64,000 nt of DNA. Source: Callorhinchus milii. Its lineage: Eukaryota. The notes below the pieces were generated by a model. That model was not told the origin of the DNA. It saw only the letters and a program-made list of their open reading frames with translations, and did no database searches. Position 1 is the stretch's first letter, and each line of letters begins with the position of its first letter. The DNA is taken from the NCBI RefSeq assembly GCF_018977255.1, contig NW_024704742.1:35590001-35654000 (forward strand), in the 5' to 3' direction. The translations under genes and the position numbers were made by a program. Shown here piece after piece: positions 24,802 to 37,327 of the stretch.

Positions 24802-26072
24802 GGGCATCGCCGTACACGTGTCTGGACTGCAGTCAGCGATTTCAGTGCGAGTACCCCTTTCTCGCCCATCTGCGGTTCCGCTGTCAGAAGCGGCCGAGCT
24901 GCTGCGCCTCGGACGAGAACGTCAAGAGCGGTGGCGGCCGCGACCACCTCGTTGCGGTGGGACCCGGTCCCAAGTTCAGCCGCGCCGAGCGGCACTCCCA
25001 GGAGAACAAGCCCACCACGGACTTCCACAACCTCGCCAGAGATATGGAGCACCTGCACGAACAGCCCAGGGACGGTCGGGAGGCCGAAAGCGTGAGCCTG
25101 AGCGGCGGCGGCGGCGGCAGTAGGAGAAAATACGACCAGGCGGAAGGAAGAAACGACGCCGCGACGCTGCGCCCTCCGAAGACGGTCGACAGGTCATTGA
25201 CTACAATCAGGGAAAACTTGGTCCGCTCCCCCCAACAGTTCAGAGGGGGGTATTTCAATCTCAGAGAAAATGGGAGGTCGATGTCATCGTCCAGTCCAGA
25301 CACGACTGAATCCAAATCTAGCGCCTTCGTCGAGGTGAAAAGAACTTCTCTCAATCTTAAGCAGACTCCAAAGGATCACGTTTCTGACCTAACCGGCAAG
25401 AACGACATGGCACCCAATACCAGCTCTTCCGAGAAGACGGTGGGCATCAAGTCCATTCTGACCGAAACGCAGGTCCACTCTTGTCTGGACAACATCGCCA
25501 TGAGGAGTGCGTTTACGAGTGTTTCTCAGGTGTGCGGAACCGAGGAGAGGAAGAGTGCGTTCTCACAGCCATCCAGATCGCTTGCCCAGCTCTCTCCGCT
25601 CATGGTGTCCCAAAAAGTTATCCCTGGCCTGGACTGTCACTCTGGCATCGGTGATTCTGGCAGACTCTACCAGGCAGATGCCTTGGCGGCCAAGCTCCAA
25701 CAGAGTTCAGATGTGAACGGCAATTGCACTATGCAAAGCGGTCTGGCCAAGCAAAGCCCTTTCGTCTACGCCACCGCTTTTTGGCCCAAAGCTTCTGGAC
25801 CCATCCAGCTGCAAGTCCCCTCCGCACTCACCCTACTCCCTCCTTCGTTCACGTCCTTTTGTTTACCAGCGCAGAACTGGTGCGCTAAATGCAACGCTTC
25901 TTTCAGGATGACATCCGATTTGGTGTACCACATGAGATCGCACCACAAAAAGGAATATGCCATGGAGCCTCTGGTGAAGAGACGGAGAGAGGAGAAACTT
26001 AAGTGTCCAATTTGCAATGAATCGTTTAGGGAACGCCACCACCTTTCCAGGCACATGACATCTCATAATTGA
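24802..26072 (+). CDS. PRDM8: PRDM8 coding exon 3 (three zinc fingers, stop TGA)
   Basis: ASPYTCLDCSQRF...HLRFRC, TDFHNLAR, and QNWCAKCNASFRMTSDLVYHMRSHH...CPICNESFRERHHLSRHMTSHN*. Phases are consistent; total CDS 1725 nt. Confidence 0.97.
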
Positions 26073-26653
26073 ACTTTGAACAATATTGTATATCACCTTG
26101 TTATGTCGACCGAAAAAAATAGCTATTGCTAAGGGAAGGAACTCTTGTGATGCACACATTATCACTTTATATTTAACATTTTGTAATTGTCACTAACTAG
26201 AGTATGCAAATGCATTTTGTCATATCTTTATTTCAGTTAAAAAAAAAGTTAGGCACTTGTGATTACACGGAGACGAGTATACGATACCTACCATATTTAA
26301 GAACAGATTTTTTTATTTTAGATATAAGTAAAGAAAAATAAGAGGACGGATTTCAGTTGATGGGTTTCACTGAAACATGCCAACGTCGGAACAAATGAAT
26401 GATGTGAACCCGTTAATCCGTGAAAGATAGAAAGGCTGGAAATCTGAAAGATGCATGTACAAATAATGGATATGAACACCAAATATAAATGGGAAAAGTG
26501 CGAACTGTTACGTTGTTTTTGTAAATATTTTCGTTTTTAAAATCAAACGTCCTATTTTGTGCCGGTGAAAAGAAGTGGATAGTTACTGTGTTTCTCACTC
26601 TGCGAAATTTATGAATCTTGATAGTTTATCTAGTCATTTTGGCTGGCTTCAAC

Positions 26654-26718
26654 AATAAATAGCTTTATTTTTACTTGACCAAATGTGTGTGCGCGTGTGT
26701 GTGTGTGTGTGTGTGTGT
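26654..26718 (+). terminator. PRDM8: Likely PRDM8 polyadenylation signal with downstream U/GU-rich element
   Basis: AATAAA at 26654-26659, followed by a T-rich stretch and (TG)n. Implies a ~600-nt 3'UTR. Confidence 0.6.
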
Positions 26719-29414
26719 AATTATTTAAATTCGTTACTAAAAACACCTTAGCTGAAGAAGTCGCTGTCATGTCTGTTGTCTAACGTGGCATATTCATTAA
26801 TTATAATCGCCTTTTGCATATTTTACATAGTTTATCCGTGCTAATCGCAGAATACGCTCAGATATTTTGCAGTGCAACTTTTGAATATTAGGAAAGCCTA
26901 TAGCTGTTCAAATTCTACATTGAGAAATGCTTTTGACACTATACTACAGCAATCAGCTGGGGAATAACAGACGAAGTTTGTATGAATACAATAGTTTTAA
27001 AGATGTCTGTCAAAGCTACGGAATGTGTTTGTTTTTTTCCCCCTCCCCATATTGCCAATAAGAGAAGAAGAAAAAACCCACGACTTAATTGATCCGAGCA
27101 ACTCACTAAGACAACCATCCTTAAGGGGGGATTTAAATCTGCGGATTTTACACCCCCCCCCCCACCACCAAAATGAAAATGAACCAATTGATAAAGACGT
27201 TAAGGTTAAAGGAGCCCTTCCAGAGTGTTAGGTTTGCATTTGACGCATCGCACCACCACATTTTATTGTACTTTCCCACAAATCCGATAGTTTGCCGTTT
27301 TTAACGACATGTTATGCCAAGAGCGAACTCGATTTAATGCGCGTTGTACCCCTATAGCAAAAAAAAACAGTTTCAATTGCACAGGTTTATACCCTTGTAC
27401 TTTCGGAACTGATTCCTCATTTCATTGATGATAGCTGTATATCTAACCATTAGCTATCAGGAAAAGTGTTTTGGAGACCTGATTCAAGTGTTGGTCTGGG
27501 AGCGAATAAAACATCAAATCACCCGAGGACTGCAGAAAAGGACGATCTGACAACCTCTCTGAATTGGTGCAAGTTAAAGCAACCGGGATTAAAAAGTGCA
27601 ACAGAGATGGGGTGAAAATAAAATAGTGGAGGTGAGGAATCGCCAACCCTACTTTGCAGCCAAGGACGTCGAGGGGACGTTACACAGGGTTTATTCACTG
27701 CGAAGTGGAGTGACTGTGTATTTGTGTTGGCTAATAAATGCACTGCCAACTGGAATGGAAGTGGAAATAAATAACTGTTGATGTTCTCTAGTGTGAAAGG
27801 CAGTAATGTCTGTACTGATGGTGGCATCGATATGTGTCAGCCTTCAGAGACTGTCCAGGGTCTCAACAAATTACCCAACGTCACGGAGTCGGTGCGTGTG
27901 CGAAGACTTTCATGTGTCTTCTTCCCTTTCGGTTACATTTGCCTTCTTTTGTTTCTTCTCCTGCACTGGTTTTGAATGATTTTATTTGCAAAGTATTTAT
28001 TTTTCATTGCTTTGTTATGTAACAACCGTCTGTGCGGCTGCCACTGTGCTGCAACCATTTCGACGCTTTCATTGTGGCTTTAACGTGAGCTGTGTAATCG
28101 AGATGTACATCACTGATCAATGAGGAGGGCTATCAATTATTGATCTCTTAAGACAAAGCTTGAAATTGGTTCGATTTCCTCAAGTGTTTTCTGAGATGCT
28201 TTTGATGTTAGCCGAGCAGTTTATCATCGTTTTCACCCCAGTTATAGGATACACACTCGCAGTACTTACTATCCCTCAACCAATTCAACAGTAGCTATTG
28301 CAAATGCGTTGGGTTTCAGGGTTGAAATATAACCTCAGCAAGTCCTCGCCAAATGGGAATATGGTATTAAACGTTTTACTAATTTATGTAGAATACCGAA
28401 TGAGTCAGAAAGCAAACCTGAAGTCAGGTGTCCCACAGTGGTTATGTAGTTACAAGCGCTATTATCTGGCAATCGCGAACATTTTTTTTACGAAAATGGG
28501 AGATAATACACAATTAAATATTTGCATCTATTTTTTGTTGTGTGCCTCAGGAGAAAGTCGCAAGTGAATGGCATCGGTCTGCCCCATGAATCGTATTGAA
28601 TTCTTCATCCTTCAGGGTTGTGCTTACACCATCAAAGTATTTTTACAGGAATTTTTATTTTTATTTTGGATTCGTCCATTTTGTACAAGGATGTGAAAAA
28701 AAATTCTGCTAGGACCTGAATTGGCAGGGCAATGCACAATTGGTCATGAAACCAAGGACACGTGTGACCTGTAAATGATAATGAATAATCTAAAATATGC
28801 AACACAGCTATTCTTTCTCTGAGCAATACCGGTGATAAAATATTAAGTGAATTATAGTCAAATCTCCAGTAAGAATAATTATCACATTATATAGGAAGGT
28901 GATCATTATTACATTTACAGCACCTACATCTATATTATTATGTAAAATAATGATTTAGTAATTTACAGGACAGGAAAAAAAACTATTGAGGTCCATCTGG
29001 CTGGTTCCAAAGTAAACTTTTTTATATCAGAACTATAAAATATGTCCCATTCCTCTCAATTGATTTCTTTCGCTTAATAACTTTCTAATTCCCTGTTAAA
29101 TTTGTTGCCGCCTTCATTGTTTCTCTGGATGGTATATTTCACACACTTACCACTCTCTGTAAAAAGTAATGAAATTGGAACTGAATACATTACTAACAGG
29201 CTTGGCTCCTTTCCTAATTCCTCACTGCGTTGAATCCAAACTCACAACTTTGTCGCCCAATTCCCTGAAGCAAAGCTGTGGAACTCCACACTCTCCACTT
29301 CTTCATGCAACCCACTGTCCTATAATGCCCCAAATATTCTACCCAGTTACTATTACTTTGAGACAGTTTCCCAGTGAAGTCAATATTATAAGTACAGTTG
29401 GTTATGTTTAGATC

Positions 29415-29671
29415 ATAATAATAATAATAATCCTTGCATTTGATATAGCGCTTTTCACATCTTCTAGATGTCTCAAACGCTTCACAGAATATGCTGTAAA
29501 GTGAATTGACTGTATATTTGTGGGCGAACGCGGCAGCCAATTGCGCACAGCAATGTCCCACAAACAGTCATGGATTGAAAATGACCAATTTATTATTGTT
29601 TTGTTTTGGAGGGATCATTTTAGGCGTATGGAGTAAGGAAACTTGCCCAAGGTTTCGCCCTGACTGGAATT
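29415..29671 (-). mobile_element. DeuSINE-type SINE, 5'-truncated
   Basis: Reverse complement of the 37010/40992 copies. Confidence 0.9.
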
Positions 29672-30729
29672 GTCTCGCTAAATGGTATTGGTTTAATTTT
29701 CAGTCATGCTACCAAGTGATTGGACAATGAAATCAGTGCCCATACATTATACCTACCTAGGTCATTCATTCTTGCTTATATTGATATTCCTGTACAGCGT
29801 CTTCCCTTCTCCTTTCCTCAAGACATGGAACAGTCCATGATTGCCAGTCAATATTGGTTGCCTCACTAAATGATCATTCTTCACCTGTGAGCACAAAGGG
29901 TAAGTGTTTGCAGGCTATCCAACTCTTCATCATCTACCCTCACCCAACATTCACTCTCCTGAAGGGACACTGAATAGATCACAAACCCGACTATCTTCCC
30001 ATTTTCTAGCCTGGGGATATGGAGGCCAATTTGTATCACTCCATGTACCGTCCTAGTTGAGTTCAGTTAACTCCAGTACTGACTGAGTTTTGAAAGTGCA
30101 ATATTCTGGTCTGTATATTTTCTGTTGATGTTGATGTCCATACACACTAAAATCATTATGAAGGCCAAAAGGTGTTAATGTTATTAAAAAACGTAAGACT
30201 TGTGCTATGTTTGTGTAATATATTGGGCGGCATTTTAATTGGGTATGTTTAGGAGCTGTGTTCCAGGTTGATCTTGTTTTGTCATAGTGTGTGTTGGAAT
30301 TATTTTTACATTTCATCCTCTCATTTTTTTTGAATAAACAATGTTTGCAATCAGAGCAATAAAAAAGGATTGACTAATTGACTAATTAAGTAAGTTGTCA
30401 GTTTTCTCATAAACAGTTATATTTTTCTCGTGCGAGCATGAAAATTAACCAGCAATGCAATGTCTTGGTCTTACCTTATTGGACTGGGCAGGTGATTGCT
30501 TCATAGAGTCTGAATAGTTGTTGGGACTAAATGGTCTTGACAGACAGGTTTAAGTTCATTCAACAACAAACAACAACAACTTGCACTTATATAGCACCCT
30601 TCATGTAGGGAAGCATCTCACCGTGCATATACTGTACTAGAAAAACAACAACAACAACAAGATTACATTTGTATAAAACCAATAGATTAGCCCCAAAATG
30701 CCAAAACAACAGAACATCAGTGCTCTTTT

Positions 30730-31235
30730 AACAACGACGACAACAAAATTACATTTGTACAGCATCTTCACATCGGGAGGATGTCCCAAGGCGCTGGACA
30801 ATCAGTGTTTCGGACCTGAGCTTAGGATTGGGATCAGGGAGGGTGGAGGGCAGTGGGGGAAGGAGGGTGACCGAAGGCATGGTCAAAGAGAAGGATCTTG
30901 AGACGGGTCTTGAAGGAGGCAAGGGAGGGGACATGGCAGAGGGACTACAGGATGGAGTTCCAGAAGATGGGGGCAGAGTGGCTGAAGGCCCGCCTGCCAA
31001 TGGTGGGGCGGGTGAGGTGGGGGACATGAAGCAGACTGGAGCCCGCTGAGCAGAGGGAGCAGGCAGGTTGGTAAGGAGTTGGAGGTTGCATAAGTAGGGA
31101 GAAGCAAGGCCAAGGAGGGTTTTGAAAGTGAGGACCAGGATCTTGAACGTACCTTCTGTGTGATGGGAAGCCAGTGGAGTCAGGCGAGGATGGGAGTAAT
31201 GGGGTCACGGTGCCTGGTGCGGGAGAGGACACGGA
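30730..31235 (-). mobile_element. L2 LINE 3' fragment
   Basis: RPTIGRRAFSHSAPIFWNSI; tail shared with the 36170 and 55410 copies. Confidence 0.9.
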
Positions 31236-33267
31236 GGAACTCTTTAAACAAATATGAATCCTTTAAACTTCTATCAATGTCAGTCGATGTTTCACCAATG
31301 CAGCTAAGTTGTTGTTTGGTAAATTAAGACATCATGATTCTATAAAAAAGAAAAGAGGTCCCTTGGAAAATATAACATAAAGAGATAAAGAGACCGGTGT
31401 GAAATTCCCTGAAAGAACACATTCCTTTCACCTCTGGGATTTGGGTTCTGGGTTCAAATTTATCTCAAACAGATGAACTCTCAGTGATGGTTTGTACAGG
31501 GTTCACAAATTAGTTCAAACAGTTTCACTTGAGCTTTCTGTTGCCAATGATGCAGTCCTCACACTTGGCGCCAGCAAACACAAATAATTTAGGTCAAATG
31601 AACTTTGCAGGAGTTTCAGCAGTCCCATAAGGAAAACAATTTTTTTTTCCCTTTGAGACAAAACGTGAAGGAATAGCATGGCAGGTGCCATCATAACTTG
31701 CATGCAAGGATTGCAGAAGTCTTGCTACCTGATGGATGTGCATCAGTGAAAGGAGCATCTGGAACTTGAGTCAGTGTGGACTCAATGCTCTGAGAGGCAG
31801 CCCCTACTGTTACTTATGGAGGACCACATCACAACACAGGACACCTGCTGACGTTATTGCTGACCAGCTGCTCCTGGTGTTTTCAGTGTTTTTCTTCAAA
31901 AACGTGAAGTCGTGAAGTTTCTTGAGGACAATCTGCCCATTGCTCAAAAGGGGAATGTGGGGGGGGGGCTTCGCCAAAAGTTGTTAAATTGAACAGTTTT
32001 CCGGTGTATCCAAGTCATAAAATATAACTGAACGATTTTCCATTTTTATACAGAAATAGCAGTTGTATTTTTATTGCTGGTCAGAAAGCACCATTGCAAA
32101 CATGCTGCAGAAATCGTAATTCATCTAGTTTCAGTGCAATGCACATTTACTGTACATTAGTGTGGATTATCTAACGTAAACCCCAACGTTATTCCTTACT
32201 GCTGTCTTCAAATCATTAATACAGGTCACAACTTTCCCATAATTTATTGTAATGTACATGTTCCATGTCAGATAATAGCAACAAATTGTCGATTATCTTC
32301 ACGATCACACATGAGAACATGTTTTAATTAAAAAAAAGTTTTGCCGATTCAATTTAAAAGCATGTAAATACATAACCAAATTACTCCGCTGAGAAAGGTT
32401 GGTGGATTGGGGGATGTGGGGGACAGGGGTTAAAGTAATAGGCAAAAACACCAACTCTAAAACTTATAATTAATTTAATTTAGGGAGTTTTTAAGATTTG
32501 GTATGTGAATAATGCACGATAGAGGCAAATGTATGGTTTCTTCGTAGATTAGTGAAGGGTTTTCTTTATTCCAATTGATGTGGAATCCCCACAATTTCAA
32601 ATGAATGAATGAATGAATGAATGAATGACTATTGATTTTTTCCAGTCGGATCAAGACCCTCGCCCAGGTGGAGGTTATGAACTGGTTACCATACGCTTTT
32701 CGTACCGCATAATGAAATTTCAGTACTTCAAATACAAAGCTTGTATTAACTATGTCCAAAACTAAGAGCAGTATAATTGTAGACATGGCTTAACATTATC
32801 ATTCATTACTAAATATTTCTAGGATCTCTTCGATGCACATGTGTTTACTCCCCCACCCCAGCCAACACCACAAACCCAGGGACTCTTTATTTGGCTTCAC
32901 CAAATAACATAGAAAATCAGAAGTCTTCTTTCGGGTCAGTTAAATATTCGGCAGAATGTGCAAAAATAGCCAAACAGCGACCCCAAGCTAACAAAAATGT
33001 GTAACTCAGTTTCAGAGTCATTACATTGTCTAAGCCACCGAGCTATACATGCACTGTACCTTTAGAGTCATAATAATTGCAGTAGATCAGATCATTGTAA
33101 CACAGGATGAGGGACGACTCTGTGAAATTCAAGTGAGAGAAACCAGACCAGGTCGGCTCGCAGCTCCTCAGGTTCAGAATATTAAAGTTTAGAAAGTTCA
33201 GAGGACCTCTCTGGTTCACATTTAAAATTCGATGTTTCAGCAGAAAGCCATCAGATCAGTAGGTGCT

Positions 33268-33270
33268 CTG

Positions 33271-33314
<44 letters not shown>
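33268..33314. repeat. (TC)n(CA)n compound microsatellite
   Basis: Directly visible. Confidence 0.9.
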
Positions 33315-33315
<1 letters not shown>

Positions 33316-34704
33316 TGCATGTTCAGAAGCTGGTTCACGGAAAAATGAACATGCATGTAAATGTGGATGAGCAGAGCTGTTCTTTGCCTGGGTCCAGGGG
33401 ATTGAGTTAAAGCTGTCAGAGAAACTGTGTGCTCCTGGCTGGCAATGTCCAAAGCTACGTTTATACTGCTGGAGGCAAAACCACTGGAGGCTTCTGAGAG
33501 TTAATTGATTGATACAAAAAGCTTGATGAATATTACCTTAACATTTAAGATGGTGCAGAAGTCTGAAACATTCTAAACTTCTGGTTGGTTCACTTAAGAA
33601 GCCAGATTTCTACAGGTCTTTTTTTTAAAAACACTTTTTTTAAGATTCGCCTCCAAATTAAGACTAGTTTTAAGAAGATTCCAAATGACCTCGATCACAG
33701 GTATGATCTGTTTTCTGTACCAGGTTAAGTAGTGTGGGCAACAGAAAATAGCCAAGTCTAATTCGATCAATTCATACATCCCACATTTCCAGCAGAGAAT
33801 CTACTAAATAGTGATTGTGAACTTTTACATCCTATCAGCAGAATTTCTTACACAGGGAGATCAGCTAACTCAGCACAATCTGGGATCATCCCAGATGTGT
33901 ATATTCTCACTATTCAGTAAAGTTAACAAACAAAATATCAAGGTGTCTGTTTAAAGCGTATTTTTAATCTTTAACTTTAATAATCAATACATTTCCAGAC
34001 TATCCACAAGAAGGTCTGCATTTCTAACATTAGTAAAGAGGTGCCAGAGAATAGAATAGAGATTCTGGCATCTATTTAGATATGGGTTCAGAGGACTGCA
34101 CTTTGGATGAGTATGGAAGGTATGGGACGACAGCATAGCCCAATACTTTGCCCTTAAATTTTGTTTCATATCAAGTTGATACCTGCATTACAAATGAGAT
34201 AACTGAGTAAAAATCTCAAAGTTTTGCAACTGCTCAGCATAAATCCTAACCTCAACATCTATGAAATATTATGCTTGTGAATGAAAAATTTTGAGAGCAC
34301 CTTAACGCATAAAAATGTTTCTAAGAAAGTTACAGTAATTACTCTCAATTAAATTGACCTTTTTTGCAAGCAAACTCATAGTCATTTTGCACACAAGGTC
34401 CCATAAACAACCACATGAAGAAACTCCTTTCTCTTTTGAATAGTGTCAGAAGATCTTTAAAGGCCACCTGAAAAGGCATTTATGAACTTGGTTTTTCATC
34501 TGACTTAGAGAGCGGCAATAAATTCTGACTATATTTGACGATTGTGGAGCTATCATCAGATACCATATTCAAGATTGTAGAAAAAACTAAATATTGGAGT
34601 AAATAAAATAAATCAGAAAACAATGAGTTTAATACGCCTTATAAAATGTTATAGAAATAATGTTTTGTGGGTAATAGTTATTCCACTTTTTGGGGAATGG
34701 CCAT

Positions 34705-34990
34705 TCAATAGTCCAAGCCTTTGTCTCCTCCCGCTTCAAATACCCCAATGTCCTCATTGCCGGTCTCTCCAGCTCCACTACCCACAAACTACAACTTATT
34801 CAGAACTCCGCTACCTATACTCTCACCCACACTAAACTCTGTACCCCCATTACACCAGTCCTTGCCAAGCTCCACTGGCTCCCTATCACAGAACAGATCT
34901 GTTTCAAGATCTCTCAATCATCTACAAATCCCTTCACACATTGGCACCTCCCTACCTTTCTGACCTGCTTTATCTCCACTCAATTATCCA
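34705..34990 (+). mobile_element. L2 LINE internal fragment
   Basis: HKLQLIQNSA...ITPVLAKLHWLPI. Confidence 0.85.
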
Positions 34991-36169
34991 GGTGTGTCGA
35001 TTAGGACTATTTCCTCCTTCTCTCTGTTCCTGAACTGTCTCAGTTAATGCTTTGTGAACAGTAAGTTTTATTATTCTTTCATGAGGCAAGGCTAAGTTTC
35101 TGCCACAGTACCTCAATGACACCACAATTCTAAAATCAGTTCAGGAAAGAACTGGCATATGAGGAGTGTTCCTGTTATGAGCAGTTAATGGAATGGTTGG
35201 TGCTTAATGGTTTCGTTAGTGGCTGGCACTGTTTAAGTATTAACAAAAACATGAATGCAATTTATAATAAAAAATAATATAATAATCCTTGCATTTGATA
35301 TAACATTTTTCACATCTTCTAGGTGTCTCAAAGCACTTCAATTTGAATGTCAAGAGAAATTGAAATTTCAAACTAGCGCCATGAAAAGTAGTTAATGTAT
35401 ATGGTGGCTAGAGATAAACCTTCTGTAATTATTTTTTTTAGGAAAGAGATGAGCAGTGCTTCACATGGAAGGTATTAATGTGCTTTCTGGATTTACAACT
35501 GTGTAAACTGTAATAAAAATGAGATCCTTATAAAACAACATTAATCTTTCTTCCACTACCACAGCTTTGGTTGATGAAAGATGGCAAGAAGTTGAGAACA
35601 AAATTAATCATGCTGTGAAGGTGCACATACTCAACCCACAAGAGCACCATCCTGAGTTTCAATTAGACTAAAAGTAATTATTTTTTGAAATGTTCGCCAC
35701 TTTTGCCATTTTACATTCCAGAGCAATTTCTGGTGGCTTGATATAGCATTTTCCTCACTATCTATGTTTCTGATCAAAATACACAGTCTGAAAGAATCAC
35801 ACTTGCAGATGTAGAGAGAAACTTCCTTTGCCTCCCCTCTTTCACAGCACATCGCAAAACGTACCTCTTTAACCACGGTTTTTGTAATCTTTTCCTTCCT
35901 CACGGCACTTAGCTCCCACCTCCACCATTCTGAAGTACTTTGATATGTACCCCCAATATGAAAGGCACTATATAAATGTAATGACCAACTAATGACCATC
36001 CTCCTTGGGGATGGATGGATGGGGGGATGGGATGGGTAGTTAAGTGCTGTCTCTCTGGAATTGAATTGGCTCCAACATGACATGTTGTAATGGCTGAAAT
36101 GGCAAAAATAGGGAATTGTATTTGTTGTATCTAAAGCTGTGTCAAGCGCTGATAGCATCACCATCCATG

Positions 36170-36947
36170 GTTGCATGCTCCACCTTGCTAAGCCAGTTCA
36201 GAACCTTGGGGTCTTGTTTGACCCTTAACTATCTTTTCTACCCCACATCTGCATCATGACCCGTTCTGCCTTCCCCCACCTCTGCAACATCACTGGGCTC
36301 CGCCACTATCTCACATCGCAGGCCGCCGAAACCCTCATACTTGCCTTCATTACATCGAGGCTTGACTACGCAAACTCACTGCTTATCGGCCTCACCAACT
36401 CCTTCATCCACAGGCTGCAGATCATCCAGAACTCTGTAGCTCGTGTCCCCTCCCGCACTAGGTTCCACGAGCCTATCACCCCCATCCTTGCCCAACTCCA
36501 ATGGCTTCCTATCATGCAGAGGATACAGTTCAATATCCTGGTCCTCACCTTCAAAGCCCTCGCTGTCTTGCTCCCCGCTACCTGTGTGAACTTCTAACCC
36601 CCTGACCATCCTGTTCACTCCCTCCGCTCAGCGGACTCCGGCCTGCTTCACGTCTCCCATCTGGCTCGCCCCATAATTGGCGGGTGAGCCTTCCGCCACT
36701 CTGCCCCCACCCTCTGAAACTCCATCCTGCAGTCCCTCCAGCTCACCCCCTCCCTTGCCACCTTCAAGACCATCTCAAGACCCTCTTCTTCGACTGCGCT
36801 TTCGATCTCCCTGCTTCCCCCCCTGCCCTCCACCCTCCCGGACCCCGAGCCTCAGCTCGGGTCCGTAACTCTGTCTGTCCAGCACCTTGGGACGTCCTCC
36901 CTCCATGAAAGGTGCTTTACAGATGTAATTTTGATGTTGTTGTTGCT
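36170..36947 (+). mobile_element. L2 LINE 3' fragment
   Basis: AETLILAFITSRLDYANSLL...LQIIQNS...ITPILAQLQWLPI; (TGT)n tail. Confidence 0.9.
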
Positions 36948-37009
36948 AGGCATTGAAAACAATGTGATTGGCTCAACAATGATAAATTTACTGATTAATG
37001 AATAAATCA

Positions 37010-37327
37010 GGAGTCCTGTAGCTCAGCGGTTAGAGCACTCGCTTTGCAAGCGAGAGACCTGAGTTCAATTCCAGGCAGGGCGAAACCTTGGGCAAGTTTC
37101 CTTACTCCACACGCCTAATAATAATCCCTCCAAAACCAAAAACAATAATAAATTGGTCATTTTCAATCTACGACTGTTTGTGGGACATTACTGTGTGCAA
37201 TTGGTTGCCGGGTTCGCCCACAAATATACAGTCAATTCACTTTACAGTGTCTTCTGTGAAGCGCTTTGGGACGTCCTCCCGACGTGAAAAGCGCTATATC
37301 AAATGCAAGGATTATTATTATTATTAT
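37010..37327 (+). mobile_element. Full-length tRNA-derived DeuSINE-type SINE (short variant)
   Basis: A/B boxes, Deu-like block, L2-like tail, (TTA)n. Confidence 0.9.

Noticed and set aside
24639..26165. Antisense and alternate-frame ORFs over PRDM8 exon 3
   Set aside because: Expected shadows of a GC-rich coding exon.
31421..31500. LF-SINE-like head (cctttcacctctggg...ggttcaaat)
   Set aside because: Too short and diverged to assign.
37010..37085. tRNA-like sequences (also 3531, 8291, 40992, 41869)
   Set aside because: They are SINE heads continuous with SINE bodies, not stand-alone tRNA genes.
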